This document shows positions 1 through 11,901 of a stretch of DNA of 64,000 nucleotides, in pieces (positions within the stretch are counted from its first letter, which is position 1; each line of letters begins with the position of its first letter). The notes below the pieces were generated by a model. It had not been told where the DNA came from, did no database searches, and was given only the letters and a program-made list of their open reading frames with translations. Source of the DNA: Daphnia carinata (lineage: Eukaryota); contig NC_081331.1 in the NCBI RefSeq assembly GCF_022539665.2, forward strand, positions 7,626,001 through 7,690,000. The letters are read 5' to 3'. The position numbers were made by a program, and so were the translations under genes.

Positions 1-211
1 CCACTTGTACGGCGATATCTTGGGTGATGGCTGTTAGTTCTGCCATGTCCATCTGCCTAAAGTTAGCTTTTTCATCCGTTAGTTTGAGGATAACGGGGGG
101 CGGGGGAGAGCTATCGTTGAATGAGTGCCATTTTGGCTGGTGTTTAGGGGGTGGTCCTTCGTCGCTGTCGAGGAGAAGACTTCTTTTGCCGGTCGGGGGT
201 AGATGGTGCAT
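1..211 (-). mobile_element. 5' end of ORF1 (gag-like) of an I-clade LINE, running off the window start
   Basis: Minus-strand translation from ATG at 211 gives MHHLPPTGKRSLLLDSDEG...PPVILKLTDEKANFRQMDMAELTAITQDI, clearly paralogous to LINE ORF1 at 38350 (MSHLKPPQKRHLQDNSDEE...PIVILKVTDGKANFRQMDMSALKSIVHEI). Confidence 0.85.
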
Positions 212-549
212 CTTTGGCAGGGAGCGTGACCAGCACGCATTAATTAAGGGTTGTAGCCGGGCCCTTTTGGCTGGGCATTGGGGACGTGCTAAGGGGTAGA
301 GCGAGAAAACGGGGGTAGGCGTTTTTTCTTCCACTAGGGCGCCAGAGAGAACGAAAAGACCATAACCTGTTACTTCCAAGATTCGGACATAACCCTTTTA
401 TGTATCGGTCGTCAGATTCGTTTTACTGTCGTTGTTTATACCTTGTAACTCTTGAATAATGAATACCTTCAGGGCAGGGATCGTGTACATTCCGTACTTG
501 GAGCGTGGAATAGCACGGCCTGGAAATCTTCTCTACTCCATTAAACAAC

Positions 550-1015
550 AAGGAAAATGGGAGGAGCCTTTGTCTGTGGCGCAGTGCATTTGCTGTGATT
601 GTGTGGCTGGGGACTACCTGAAAAACGGCTCAGATCGCTGCCGGCTGTAGTGAATCGGTGAGATGGGGTTATGGAAGACTAAAATTTGGGTGGAAATGTG
701 GATGTAGGCAATATTTCCGAGAATAGTGGGCAAGAAAGGGAAACTCTTGACTTGGACCGGAAAATAAAAGTATTAGATCAATTTTCTTAAGAATTGTGTT
801 AAAATACGCTAGCGCTACCTATCCACCGACGCTGGACGGGCCCTAAGTTACTAGTCTTTACTCTATAAAGCATCAAGGAAACTGGGGGAGGAGTTTTGTG
901 TGTCCGTCACGCTGTGCATTTGCTGTGATTGCCTAGCTGGGGACTACCTGAAAAAGGGTTCAGGCCGCCGCCGGCTGTAGTGCATTGGCGGGATGGGGTT
1001 TTGGAAGACTGAAAT
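550..1015 (+). repeat. Diverged ~135-bp direct repeat (copies at ~550-685 and ~875-1015)
   Basis: Shared core GTGCATTTGCTGTGATTG...GCTGGGGACTACCTGAAAAA...GCCGGCTGTAGTG...GATGGGGTT.TGGAAGACT.AAAT. Confidence 0.8.
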
Positions 1016-1029
1016 GCCGGTACGGATAT

Positions 1030-1287
1030 TATAGCGCCAATGGACTTTGTCCCCTATCGCATGTTGATAGGTGATCCGCAAGTCAAACGTTGGCTAGCAT
1101 TGCCGCTCTGACCGGATGTCGGGAGCTTTAAAAGCCTGACTCTGACAAGTCAGAGTGAGTAGTTGAAGAGTAGTCAAGTAGTCATTCATTGAGATGTTGT
1201 GTCGTAGTCGATTGAGTTGTCACCTGTGTTTAGTGCTGTATCTTGTGAGTGCGTCAAATACACAAGTCTTAACCCAGAGTTGTTACA
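1030..1287 (+). mobile_element. Solo LTR of the Gypsy family at 31780-37764
   Basis: Aligns along its length to the reverse complement of LTR 37491-37764; termini TATAGCGCC (TG decayed to TA)...TGTTACA; 4-bp TSD ATAT at 1026-1029 and 1288-1291. Confidence 0.9.
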
Positions 1288-1557
1288 ATATTATTGAAAA
1301 ATGGTTTGTGTGATTTCCCAGCTACGCGTGTTGCCGAAACTTAAAATATAATCCGCCTATAGCTGAATCTGATTGTAGAATAACTCATTTTCATTCAATA
1401 TGAAATAATAAACAAATATATTATAATTGTGAATACGCTTTTATTGTTTATTTCATTCAAATTTTTATTTATTGCAAATTAACGTTTAGTTTAGCCATTT
1501 GCTTCTTAAAATCATTGAAGTGCAGAACGGTAAAGTATACAGTTAGTTAAAGCTTCA

Positions 1558-3065
1558 TTTGTTATGCAAAGGGAACGGTTACTTCATGTGTGTCAAAGTG
1601 CAAACTTTTGTAAAATTTTTAACATGGTTTCATTCATGTTATTAATAAAAGGAGAATAGAAAGAAAAATTTGCTTTTAATTTTCTCCATCTGCTTTATAT
1701 CAAAACTGGATGGCAAATTGTAAGAAATTTTAGGAAAGACTGCGCTTTCACAAGTGTTGGTAGGTCAATTGGGTCAATTGGGGGTGTTGGTAGTCAATTG
1801 GGAAATCGAGAACCATATCAATGGTAAGATCTTCCAATAAGGTCCTTCGAACGTGATGTTCTGGATGTTCGCGATCAATGAATGTCTGATGAGTCCGGAG
1901 TGCTGCTTCCATATCAGGATAAGTCACTCTGCCTTTATGTTTTCCCGGTGTAACATAATAAAAACCTGCTGTGACACACTTGGGACACGAGTAGTATCCG
2001 GTATGCCCTACAATCCCGCAGATAAATGAGCGGTCGACAGCATTAAGGTTGAAGTTGAGAATTTGAAACCCGAGCACATGTCCTCGATGAGTAATGCCAT
2101 TACTCTGCAAACTGGAGGCTTCTTCCACGAACATTCTCAATAATTCGTTTGCACTTGCAGGCTTCTGATGTCCATGGTAAATTCCAACAGGGAAAGGAGT
2201 ATGCTCTCCTTCTAACAGAAACAGAATGGTATGAAAATGACTTAAGCTGCTTTTACTCAGCGGCAATCCATCCGTGTTCACGCGCCCTCTCACGACGGAA
2301 GGAATCCTGTTGAGTAGACGTCGCCCAAGTTGATGTTGAATTCCTTTTTCTAACCCAAAGTGGTAGTAAACACCTCCGCCCGATAGCGGAATAACAGATA
2401 CTTTGCGTGGAGTCTTCAGTAGGGTTCTTCAACAGTTTGGCAAGAAAGTGAATGTGGGGCCTTGATGACGAAGGTCCTTCAAACCTTTGATAAGCCTGTC
2501 GGCGGCTGCGCCCGAGACGTCTTCTTTCGTTAACCAACCGACCAAAAACTCTTTCAGCTCCACATCTTGATCAATTGGCTCCGCTTCTGCATTTAGAATG
2601 GCATCGATGTCGTCCCAATCCTATGTCTATGCCTTCGTCACTGGATTGTTCGCTTTCATCTGTAGTAGATTGAGGTGTTGCATCAGAATCGGACTCCAAC
2701 AAGGATTCTGAACGATCATTATAAGCATGATTTTCATCGTCATTTTGACTTTGGGGTAAGTCGTTGAAATTGATTAATGTTGGAGACGATTGGTTTACAT
2801 CTATTGAGCTTGAATGGCCCGAAGTCTCAGACATCTCGTCATTGTTCAAGGAAAGCGGCGCGTCCTCGTTGTCATCTCTTTCATCATCGGCATCTTCGTC
2901 TGCGCTATTCACAACATCTTCCCCAACCAGCAGAACGTTTTGGCGTGGACTGACAAGCAGTTCGCCGTCCAGCTGTCCACCGAGCATAGCAAACTCTTGG
3001 TTTAATCTGTTAATCAACTGTCTCCTCTTAACTACTAACTTTCTTCTTTTGGATGGTTCCTCCAT
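1558..3065 (-). pseudogene. EnSpm/CACTA-type transposase, frameshifted and internally deleted
   Basis: Motifs NTDGLPLSKSS, PFPVGIYHGHQKP, GHTGYYSCPKC, RT..TF...EHH and IDMVLDFPIDYQH are typical of animal EnSpm transposases; acidic N-terminal ORF at 2571-3065; sequence breaks at ~1790 in short templated repeats. Confidence 0.8.
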
Positions 3066-3197
3066 TGTAGCCTAAAAAAATAAATGTTAAGCATCAATCC
3101 GTCAAAAATTTCAATGTTGAAAATAAATAAAGAGATAATAAATTTCAGGCTACCTTGCAATATAGGATAGTCAATGTGATGTTACTGGTTAATAATA

Positions 3198-4080
3198 AGC
3201 TGGACTAAAGGCAATTTGTTGAACTTCAGCAAGGTAATCTTTTGGGTTGCGGTCCAAGATCGATTTACATTTCGGATACGGCCAATTGCAATTAATGGAA
3301 AATCTGCCTGCGGCCAGACCTGGTAATAATTTTAAAAAATTATGCAATGATCTTTGGGATTGTTGATAAAGAATGAAATTACTTTAGTTAAATCAAAGGG
3401 GTTCCATTTGAACTTTTCTGCTTCTTCAAAGGTCATCACTTAAATTTTTACGGACCAGGATGAAAAATCTGCTTTAGAAATGGCTTTGTACAGATCACGA
3501 GTTGCATAGTCTGGATCATCGGAAGTAAGTTGATGAGCTTTGCCTGCATCTAAATTACGAATCCCTTCATCGGTCTAAGAAATACAGCACTCGTTAGAAT
3601 CCTATAAATAAAACAATTTTCAATAATTTGTCAATACCTTGAAATGAAATTTGCAGTACACTGGCTTGCCTTCAGCATTAACTAACTTAAAGGTATGCGA
3701 TTCGTAACCGTTCATGAAACGATAACAATCTGGAGTCCCACGATCGGAAAACATAAAACAAACTTAATGAGTCGTTTCTGGTCGAAGAGATATGAAATCC
3801 CAGAACATATCAGGGTCCTAGTACGTATTCAATGTAAATAAACCAAATTAAATACTGAGTCTTACTTTCTCTCAAAATGATTAAACTTACCTTCAAATGG
3901 ATTACTGGATTGCATTTCTGAGTATGAATAAAGCTCGGGAAGAGAATATGATCACGAATAATAAATATGGGGGGTTGTTTCCGACTAAATCCCAGTGGCC
4001 TTCTTCGGTGTAAAATTTGACTGCAAATCCTCGAGGATCACGAGCGGTGTCGGCTGAGCTATGTTACTCATCAGTTACAT
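3198..4080 (-). pseudogene. cat: Catalase gene fragment (4 exons: ~3891-4080, 3638-3817, 3383-3574, ~3198-3319)
   Basis: Spliced translation: [28 protein letters not shown]../[108 protein letters not shown]../LDRNPKDYLAEVQQIAFSPA. GT-AG introns; two stops and frameshifts. Confidence 0.95.
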
Positions 4081-4595
4081 CTGGCAGATAAAGATGTGAA
4101 GCCTTGATAAATTTTAATTAAACAGATATCCAGGTCAAACAGGGACGGTAAAAACAAAACTCTATATTAAATTATGAGTAAACAACTTTTCACAACATGT
4201 TGCTAACCTGTCCACTAGTGCAAGTCGAAGAATTTTACTTCATAGAGGTCTTGTTTACCCTGGAAGATTACGGCAATTTAATGGAAAGAATTCTAACCTG
4301 AGAATGTAACACAAATTAAAATATAACGGATATAGATTAAAGCAAAAGTATTAAGCTTACCTCGGGTAATTGATGGTGATGGTTAATTCAATTGAAAACA
4401 TTCAAGTGGCACATAACTATTATTGTCCCAAACATATTAAAGCAGAGAAGCTGTCGTTCATAGAAGAAAAAGGAAAATTTTGCTTTGCAAAATTTGCTTT
4501 ATCATTTTGTGCTTTTGTGGTCATTGTTTGTTTCTGCGTCTAATTGTTAGCCTTAACTTAGTCTTTACTATTTTATTTATATTTTTTGTCGTAGA

Positions 4596-6512
4596 ATGGA
4601 AATGTCAATTTTGCTGCCAGAAGCACACAAGTTTTTGGTGGTGATCCTCTACACTTCATCGGCGGAAGAAGTAGCAACGGTTTCCGAAAATTGGAGAGTG
4701 GACCAAGATGTCATGTTTTATCCAAACTTCAAGGGACCGAAATTGGAAAAGGCTGTAAGAAGTCACCAAACTCCCGACTCAAATTGGCCCAGTTACCCTT
4801 ACATGCTGCTTAAAATTTGTGGTAAGTTTTCCGTAGGAATAATCGTCGCTCGTATACATCTTAATTTAACGATTAATTATACATTATGTTATTTTATTTA
4901 TTTCGACAGATGACTGGAAAGTTGCCAGAGGGTGGGAAAAAAGAGCGTTGAACCCTGATTCTGATTTGCTTACTTCGAATGTGGAAAAGCCGAAGAAAAG
5001 AAGATCTTTACCTCCTCGTCGGTTCAGCCCTACAATGGAAAAGAGATCAATCACAAACGGCCCTTCAACATCAACCCAAAAGTGCGCTATTAGTTCAGAG
5101 GAGGATAGCGACTCGTCTCCCGACGAAACGATTGAAGACACCTTACCAGATTTGGATGAAGGTGTGTATTTATGTCGGTGTGTGTTAAGTCTTATTTATG
5201 TCAATGTTCATGTGATTTATGTTTCAGATCTAGAATCGGAGAATGAAGTTACCACTTTACGAGAGAGTCCTGTCCAAAGTCAAGGCAAGTCAGCAGCCGA
5301 GAAAAAAACCAACGAGATCAACATTGCAAAGGCAAACGCTGCCAAGTCCAACCTTTTAAAGACAAACGCTCCCAAGGTAAACGCTACCAAGACAAACACT
5401 GTCAACACGGTTGCTGAATAGCCTGTCACTGCTGAAGCCAGTGCAAACAAATCCCGTCATTTGAACAATCTCGCGAAATGGTTTTCCCCAAGATCTTCAA
5501 CACGCAGAAGGATGGTGTCGAAACCATCATTCGTTTCAAGCAGCCACTTGGTATTAAGCCCCTCTCTCCCCTCCGTGACATGAACCACCAGCTTCCGGCT
5601 CCAATGTCGTCTTTAGTTTCCAGTCATCAGCATGTCGCAGCTTCTCCTGGCTCCAAGAGGCGTTTTTTTGTCGATAGCAATACTTCATCTTCCCTCAAGA
5701 AACCCGCGATTGCTCAAGAATCCTCCTTCGACAAGAATGTTTCTCGGCTGACGTTGAAGAAACCTTGCGAGATCCTCCAATGTGTTAATCGACTGGAACA
5801 GAAAATTGATCGACTGCTGGCCTTCCAGGACAACCAACACATTGAAGACCTCTTCGACGAAGTTATGAAGTTGCCTGTTGACGACTGGGACAGCTGGCAT
5901 ATGCTGGAGGATCTTTTGAAGGACAAACGCAATTGCATCAAACTGGTAGGTTTCAATGGTTTTTTTAGTCCAGTTCCCTTCCCTGTGTTTGTGAAAATTA
6001 TGTTTATCCAATTTTTTATTTAAAGATTAGCTGTTAATTTCCTTTGGTTCCTCTTTGTTTAGGTTTCGAAATATTCGACATTGGGTGGCAGTGACCTTGG
6101 TGACTTCGTCCGCCGTATATGGGCTGCCCTTGTGACGGACAAATTTGGCTGCGAGTTGTCGTGGATAGGAAGAGATAAGAAGAAAATAGCCGTAAAAGGA
6201 TCAAATTGCTTCTCTCTCGTTGTTAGTAAGTGACTGCCATTTAGTCCCATTACTTTTCAATTAATTAATTTAAACTACAAATTCCCTTCCTTGCTCTAAT
6301 TTGCAGGAACGGTAAAAGCAAACATAAAGTACGGAGATGTCAACGATCCTGACATTGAAAAGGCTTCCCAAGATTGGATTTTCAAGTCAAAACGTCGAGT
6401 CCAGCGCACTGAAGACACTTCAAACGTCGTTCAGTCGTGTGTTCCAAGTCTGTCGGATTCCTCGGTTGCCAGAACCAGTGGATGCAACAGATCCGCAGTA
6501 TACAAAATTTAA
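4596..6512 (+). pseudogene. Multi-exon transposon accessory gene (EnSpm-like ORF2, DUF4806-like C-terminus)
   Basis: N-terminal FLVV...VSENW...YP...AVR...PDSNW block; C-terminal LPVDDW...LGGSDLGDFVRRIWAALVTD...SWIGR..K...IEKASQDW; short GT-AG introns; in-frame TAG at 5419-5421. Confidence 0.65.
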
Positions 6513-6767
6513 AACTCGGCTAGTTCGTCCGTCTCCAATAAAGGCAAAGGGAAGAAGTAAACTAAGAAGAAACAAATTAAGAAGAAACAAAATAAGAAGA
6601 CTAAGAAGATCTCACTTTTCAATATTTCATTTTTCCTAAAAGAAATTTTCTCAAATTGTATCATTTTCATTTATTTTAATAATTGTTTTTATTTGTATCC
6701 GGTTCCAGAAGCAAAAATACAAAGAACTGTGGAAGTAAATCAAGTTGTAAACCGTTTTTCTCTTGAT

Positions 6768-7031
6768 CCGCAGCTGGCACACGTCATTGCTGGGAAGTGA
6801 TCATTAAACTACCTCTTTTTGCTTGGTCACTACCCGAGTTAAACCAGGTTGGCACCATTTCACAGTTTATTACACACACTGGGTCATTACCTAATAATTT
6901 CAATTGGTCGTGACCAGGCGTGTGCAATAGACAGTAAATCGGACATGACCTGGTTTTTACTTCGGGTTGTTACCAAGCCAAAAGAGGTCGTTTCATGGTC
7001 ACTTCCCAGCAGTGACCTGTGCCAGCTGGGG
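6768..7031. repeat. ~260-bp imperfect palindrome (foldback end of the CACTA-like element or a MITE)
   Basis: CCGCAGCTGGCACACGTCATTGCTGGGAAGTGATCAT... at 6768 is the reverse complement of ...ATGGTCACTTCCCAGCAGTGACCTGTGCCAGCTGGGG ending at 7031; pairing continues to a centre near 6897. Confidence 0.85.
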
Positions 7032-7240
7032 TACCCTGTATGGGCGACCGATGATCTTCGCCCTTTTTGCCCAAAGTTTCCATGAATTGTTTTTCTTGAC
7101 GAAAAGGTAATGGTGAGGTATTTCTCTGCAGAAATAGCGACGTGCGTCTTCGTCGTTGCGGTTCAACTTCAAGTAAGCTGTCAGGTTGGTATCTTTCCAG
7201 GTGGAATTGATGACGGCTTGCATTTCGTTTCCTGGATGGA
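7032..7240 (-). mobile_element. Helitron Rep/helicase fragment
   Basis: DTNLTAYLKLNRNDEDARRYFCREIPHHYLF...W...KIIGRPYRV matches the conserved Helitron segment T.LT..F.LN..D..AR..LY.EIP..Y...W..R...IGR.Y.V. Confidence 0.75.
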
Positions 7241-10200
7241 AAAAGATGGGTCAGAAAGTGCGAACGGTACCATTGCGGAGAGCTAACAACTGCTTGCCAA
7301 AAAACATAACGCTATGGCTTCCGTGTATTGAAGGACTGGTCTCAAGTCACCAGAATGAGAGAAATAATTACTTACTTAAATATTGAAAGTGCAGATGCTA
7401 TGGTATGCAGTGGGGCGGTAGTATGCGTCACGAAAGAATTTCTATGTGGCAGTAAAGATGAACTCGACATATATCTGGTAAAAGGAAGAAATAAACCAAA
7501 AATAAATTTAATGTGAAAAACCAGTAAGCTCCTTGTTTGGACAACACCTATTAATAGTGAAATTTTCAAATAAGCCCAGAAATACATTTTATCACGTTAA
7601 AGAATTCAACTAAAATCAGTGTTCATACTGGATATGCCTTTCTGGAACGACTGCGTTCCAAGATTTTGATGGACCACCCGAATCAGACATATTCTACGCA
7701 GTCAGCCTTTTTGTCACGTAAGTCATTCAAAAATAGTCTGTCTTTCAACATTTTTTATGGGCAATTCCATTTTAAAAATGTATATGTAGCGTGTCCTCTA
7801 AATCTTAGAGCGCAAGTATTACCAAAATCAAGGAGAAAAAGGCAAATTCTGTGAAATCTTAATCATTCACAACTATTACAAATGTTATCCTTCAAAGAAT
7901 TAACAATCGTTTTTTAAATGAAGCATTCCCTTAAGAAAACCTTAATTGATGTTTTGAAAGGTGAAACATGGAACGGTCAAATAAGACTTTGAGAAGCAAT
8001 CAATCTTTCTTTTATAAATATTAATCACAAAATAAGTGTGTTCCCAGATATACAGAAACTGCTCTCTTGGAATACAGAAATTTTCCTGTTGAAAGTGCTG
8101 TCTCCGTTTTAAAACTTAGAACATACTCAGATAAAAACAAACATTACACTTTAAGAAATGTTGTACACAGTCAATCTTTATGCTACAAGTCTTCACAAAT
8201 AGTCTTTGTTCCAACATTTTTATAAAAAAATCAATTTTCAAACCCCAATGGATTGCTGCGAAGGTGAAATATTAATCTTGAATTGGAAACAATCTTGCTG
8301 TTAAAAACTACAAAAAGTGAAGGTCTGTGTTTCAGTGTTTACAGAAACGGTTCCTGAATAGGAACTCTGAAATTGTTTGTAAACCTAGAACATGGCAGTG
8401 GTGTCTTACAATCTTGGAAACACCGGTAGTTTTTCCTATTTGCGTGACACAGGATTCCATTTACCAATTTCTTTGATCAATTGCATGATGTTGGCCAACG
8501 TTCGCTGAATGTCACGTCAATTCAACTAATACATATAATATATAGTCTACGTACAACAAATACAAATACTAACTTTAAATTTTTAAAATGTTTTTTTGTA
8601 GTTATTTGTTGTCGTGGTCGTCCAGTGGAAATAACGGAAGAAGAATTGGAAAATACTATTCAGAATGTGTTCCAGGTTAATGCAACTGACGAACCATTCT
8701 CAATACGTTGCAATCTGTGTTTGCTGATTCTTGTGTGGTTTACGGCAATGGGTTTGCTTAGCTACGCCGTCTTCCGGTCGTTAATTTAGCCACACATTTT
8801 TTTTCGTGTGGTGGGAAATGGAAGCACGGAACAGCTTTTAGGTGTGCAGTTTTACTCGTTGTATTAGAAAGTATACTGTTGCAAACGTTGCCTCTAGCTC
8901 CGTTTTATTCCCATTTCGATCAAACACACCAGCAAAAGTCATAAAATTGGATTAATGGCGTCAGAATATTCACAAAAGTTAATTTCTTCAATAGAAAGAT
9001 GGAGTCAGACGATGCTAGTGTAGACTACATTTTGTCGCAAATGCCTCTCGTCTACGAAGAAGTCTTAGTTTCTGTCGTTGAAGTGATCATGGAAGAAGAA
9101 GACGACGAAGAAGAGCAAGTTGCGGTCGCTGCAATGAGGGACGGGATGCAGAACATAGAGGAAAAAGTAGGCAAAGATAGTGAGGGTGAAGGTGAAAGTA
9201 AGATAGAGCAGAAAATCACAGAGAAAGAAATAGGTGAAACCAGTGATTATGGAGATGAAAATAATATGGGAAAGCAAATGCAGAAGAAGAAACAGACGAA
9301 CACCCTAACGGCGAAGAGGATAGTATGACGAAAAGGAAGTTGAAAGGAAGGAGAAAAAGAGGAAAATCGATCGCGATAGCATGAAAATAGAACAAAAACA
9401 TAGGGAAATTAAGGAGAGAAAATACATCGAAGAAAAAAAAGGAAGCTGCGGCACTGCTGCGATATTGCCAGTATCCAGAAAACCAAGCCATACCAAGCCA
9501 ATAGCCAGAAAACAACAAGTACTCAGGCACCCAGTGCCTGTGGTGTGTTGGGAAACGTTATGTTTTTCGGCCATAACTTTGGTATCAATTACTCAATCTT
9601 GTTTTTGATTATGTTAATATATTGCCTACTTCTTCCTTTACCTCAATGTTTTTTTTCAGATTTTTACAAGAAATTATATACTTTCTACAGAAATTTTTAA
9701 GTTATGAAAAATTTGAGGGACGAGCCTGTTGTGTTGGGTGAAGTGGGGCACCAGGGTGAGTGATGTGGGACAGCTTCAGCTTACAATTATAAAATACATT
9801 TTAAATATTGTAACAGATCAGTAGGATACTACTAAATAAACGCTTTATTTTAGAAAAGTTCTAATTGTTATTCAGATATAAATGAATAATTTTCCTGAAA
9901 GCATAAGAATTTCCTTATTAACAGATAGTGAAAAAAATAAAGGTGCCGGGCCTAGGATATCGATTACTACAATCGATTATTGGTTGCTAATATTCTGTGA
10001 AAAAAACACTTAGGTGCCGTGAGTAACGTTAAAGACTAAGGAATTTTTTTTTACAACAATTAATTTAATAACAGGTAATTCTTTTTACTTTTAGAATCTA
10101 ATTCCAGTTTGTACAGAGTAAGGCTTTACCACAGTGGTGGGTTAAGATACCGTAAAGTTCAAGCGGGGGGGGGGGACTGTGATGTAGGAATAGCTATACT

Positions 10201-11901
10201 ACGACAGTTATTGACAGAAAAGGATGAGTACATTATATAACAACTATATACAAAGGTATTTTATTTTACTCGATGTGAAGAATAATTACGTTTTCTAAAA
10301 GGTGAATCATGTCCGCTATCATTGAATTACGAATTTGGGAATGAAATGCATGATTATACAATTTTTTATTTTAAAGTTCACTTGTGTTTATGTGGCTCTA
10401 AAGTTTTTTCATAATGAACTTGTGTATTATTTGTTGTTTTAATTTTAAATTTTTCATGTTACGAAACCTGTTGTTATAGTGTTATGTAATATTTTGTTAG
10501 CTTTGAAATAGAAGGTCAAGCTTCTTGATCGAAATCCCTTTAAATGGAACAAACATAATAAGCGGCAAAGAAACAAAAAAACCATTTGGTTAATACAAGG
10601 GACAATTAAAAAAAGAATTCGGTTTCCGAAGTGGAGTTTACGGTAAAGTGAAAAAGAACTTAAGAAGCCATTCCAACACATGTCACAATTGTTATTAGTT
10701 TCCCAGAATTCTTCGATGATGGCCCATCGATCTTCTTTGTTTCCTGGCTGTTGCGTTTAAAAAAAAATGTTTATTCGAAACCCAACTGGGTCTTTCGAAA
10801 AAGCCAAAAATCAATCCAATTTTTCGGCCACGGATGAGCCATAACCTTTTCTTTTCCGCGGACCCACTCCTGCAGTGCATCTGTGATGTCTGATGCTTTT
10901 CCCCGTGAAGGTAAAACTGTGAATTTCGAGCTCATTAAGTAATTCGGGACCAAATTTGCCGTTGAACACTTCAGGGATTTTGCTAGGAAAATTGTCTATT
11001 TGACAAATGAACCCAATACCGCCAGTGGTTTAGAACCATGCCCACACGTTAAGAGAATGCTTGATTTTTTTATCTTACATTTGGCATTGTCAAGGAATAC
11101 ATCCAGCTTGATGGATACTACACGAAAAAGAGAGTTTTTGTTTTTCGATGAAAAATCAAACACAAAAAGTAAAAGACTAACCGGAATGTAGCGGCGTTAG
11201 TAAAAATGACATTATTCTACAGGTGACCATCACGTTGGGCTGCAGGATCACTTGACTTCGCGGGCATTACGTTTGGAAAATATGATGCCATGATAGGAGC
11301 AAACATCGTCGCTTTGAAGAAAAATGAAACGCGAGACCGTAACTTTTGCTTGCGTTAAACTCACGAGGGGAAAGGGTAAGAAAAAGTCACTTAGGCTGAA
11401 ATTGGACAGGAAGTCTGTAGCCATACGTAGGGCAGAGCAGACCCAAATTGGGCACGTACCATCCTGAACAACCGCAATAACTCGGAAGGACAATTATGAA
11501 ATGAAATTTTGAAAATAGTGTGTGATACGAAATTCCATTCCACACTTGGGCCTAAATTTTCAAAAATGTAATAAAACTTTTCGTAAAATTATGACAAAAA
11601 TTTAATCTAGCTATTTCTATCTATATCTTATCTTATTCTATCTTCTATCTATATCTTTTTGGCTTCTACAATTTTTCATATCGTTCTAAAGCCACTTAAT
11701 GAAAAACAGTTTTGGTAATAGGAAAATAAGCTAACTCTTCCCTTTTCAATTCCCCAGTTTCTTTTTATTTTTAGAATAAGTTGTTTAAGATTTATAAGCG
11801 TTTTAAACAATGTTCTTTTGTTGAGAGATACTGGACATAGTTTTTGTTGTGCTATCGAACGCAAACGATATTTTTGGGGTTAGGCTTAGGCTGCTTAGTT
11901 A

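Larger units (their letters stand above)
1317..7031. mobile_element. Degraded CACTA/EnSpm-like (CMC) DNA transposon with divergent transposase and DUF4806-type ORF2; boundaries approximate
   Basis: Transposase remnant on minus and an ORF2-like gene on plus; CCCAGCT at 1317 and AGCTGGG at 7024-7030 give only a 7-bp terminal match, with no TSD seen. Confidence 0.6.

Noticed and set aside
3198..4080. Functional catalase gene
   Set aside because: Two in-frame stops, frameshifts, and both heme-critical ends are missing.
9720..10180. GGTGAAGTGGGGCA-like motifs suggesting a DNA transposon end
   Set aside because: No matching TIR pair or TSD could be defined.
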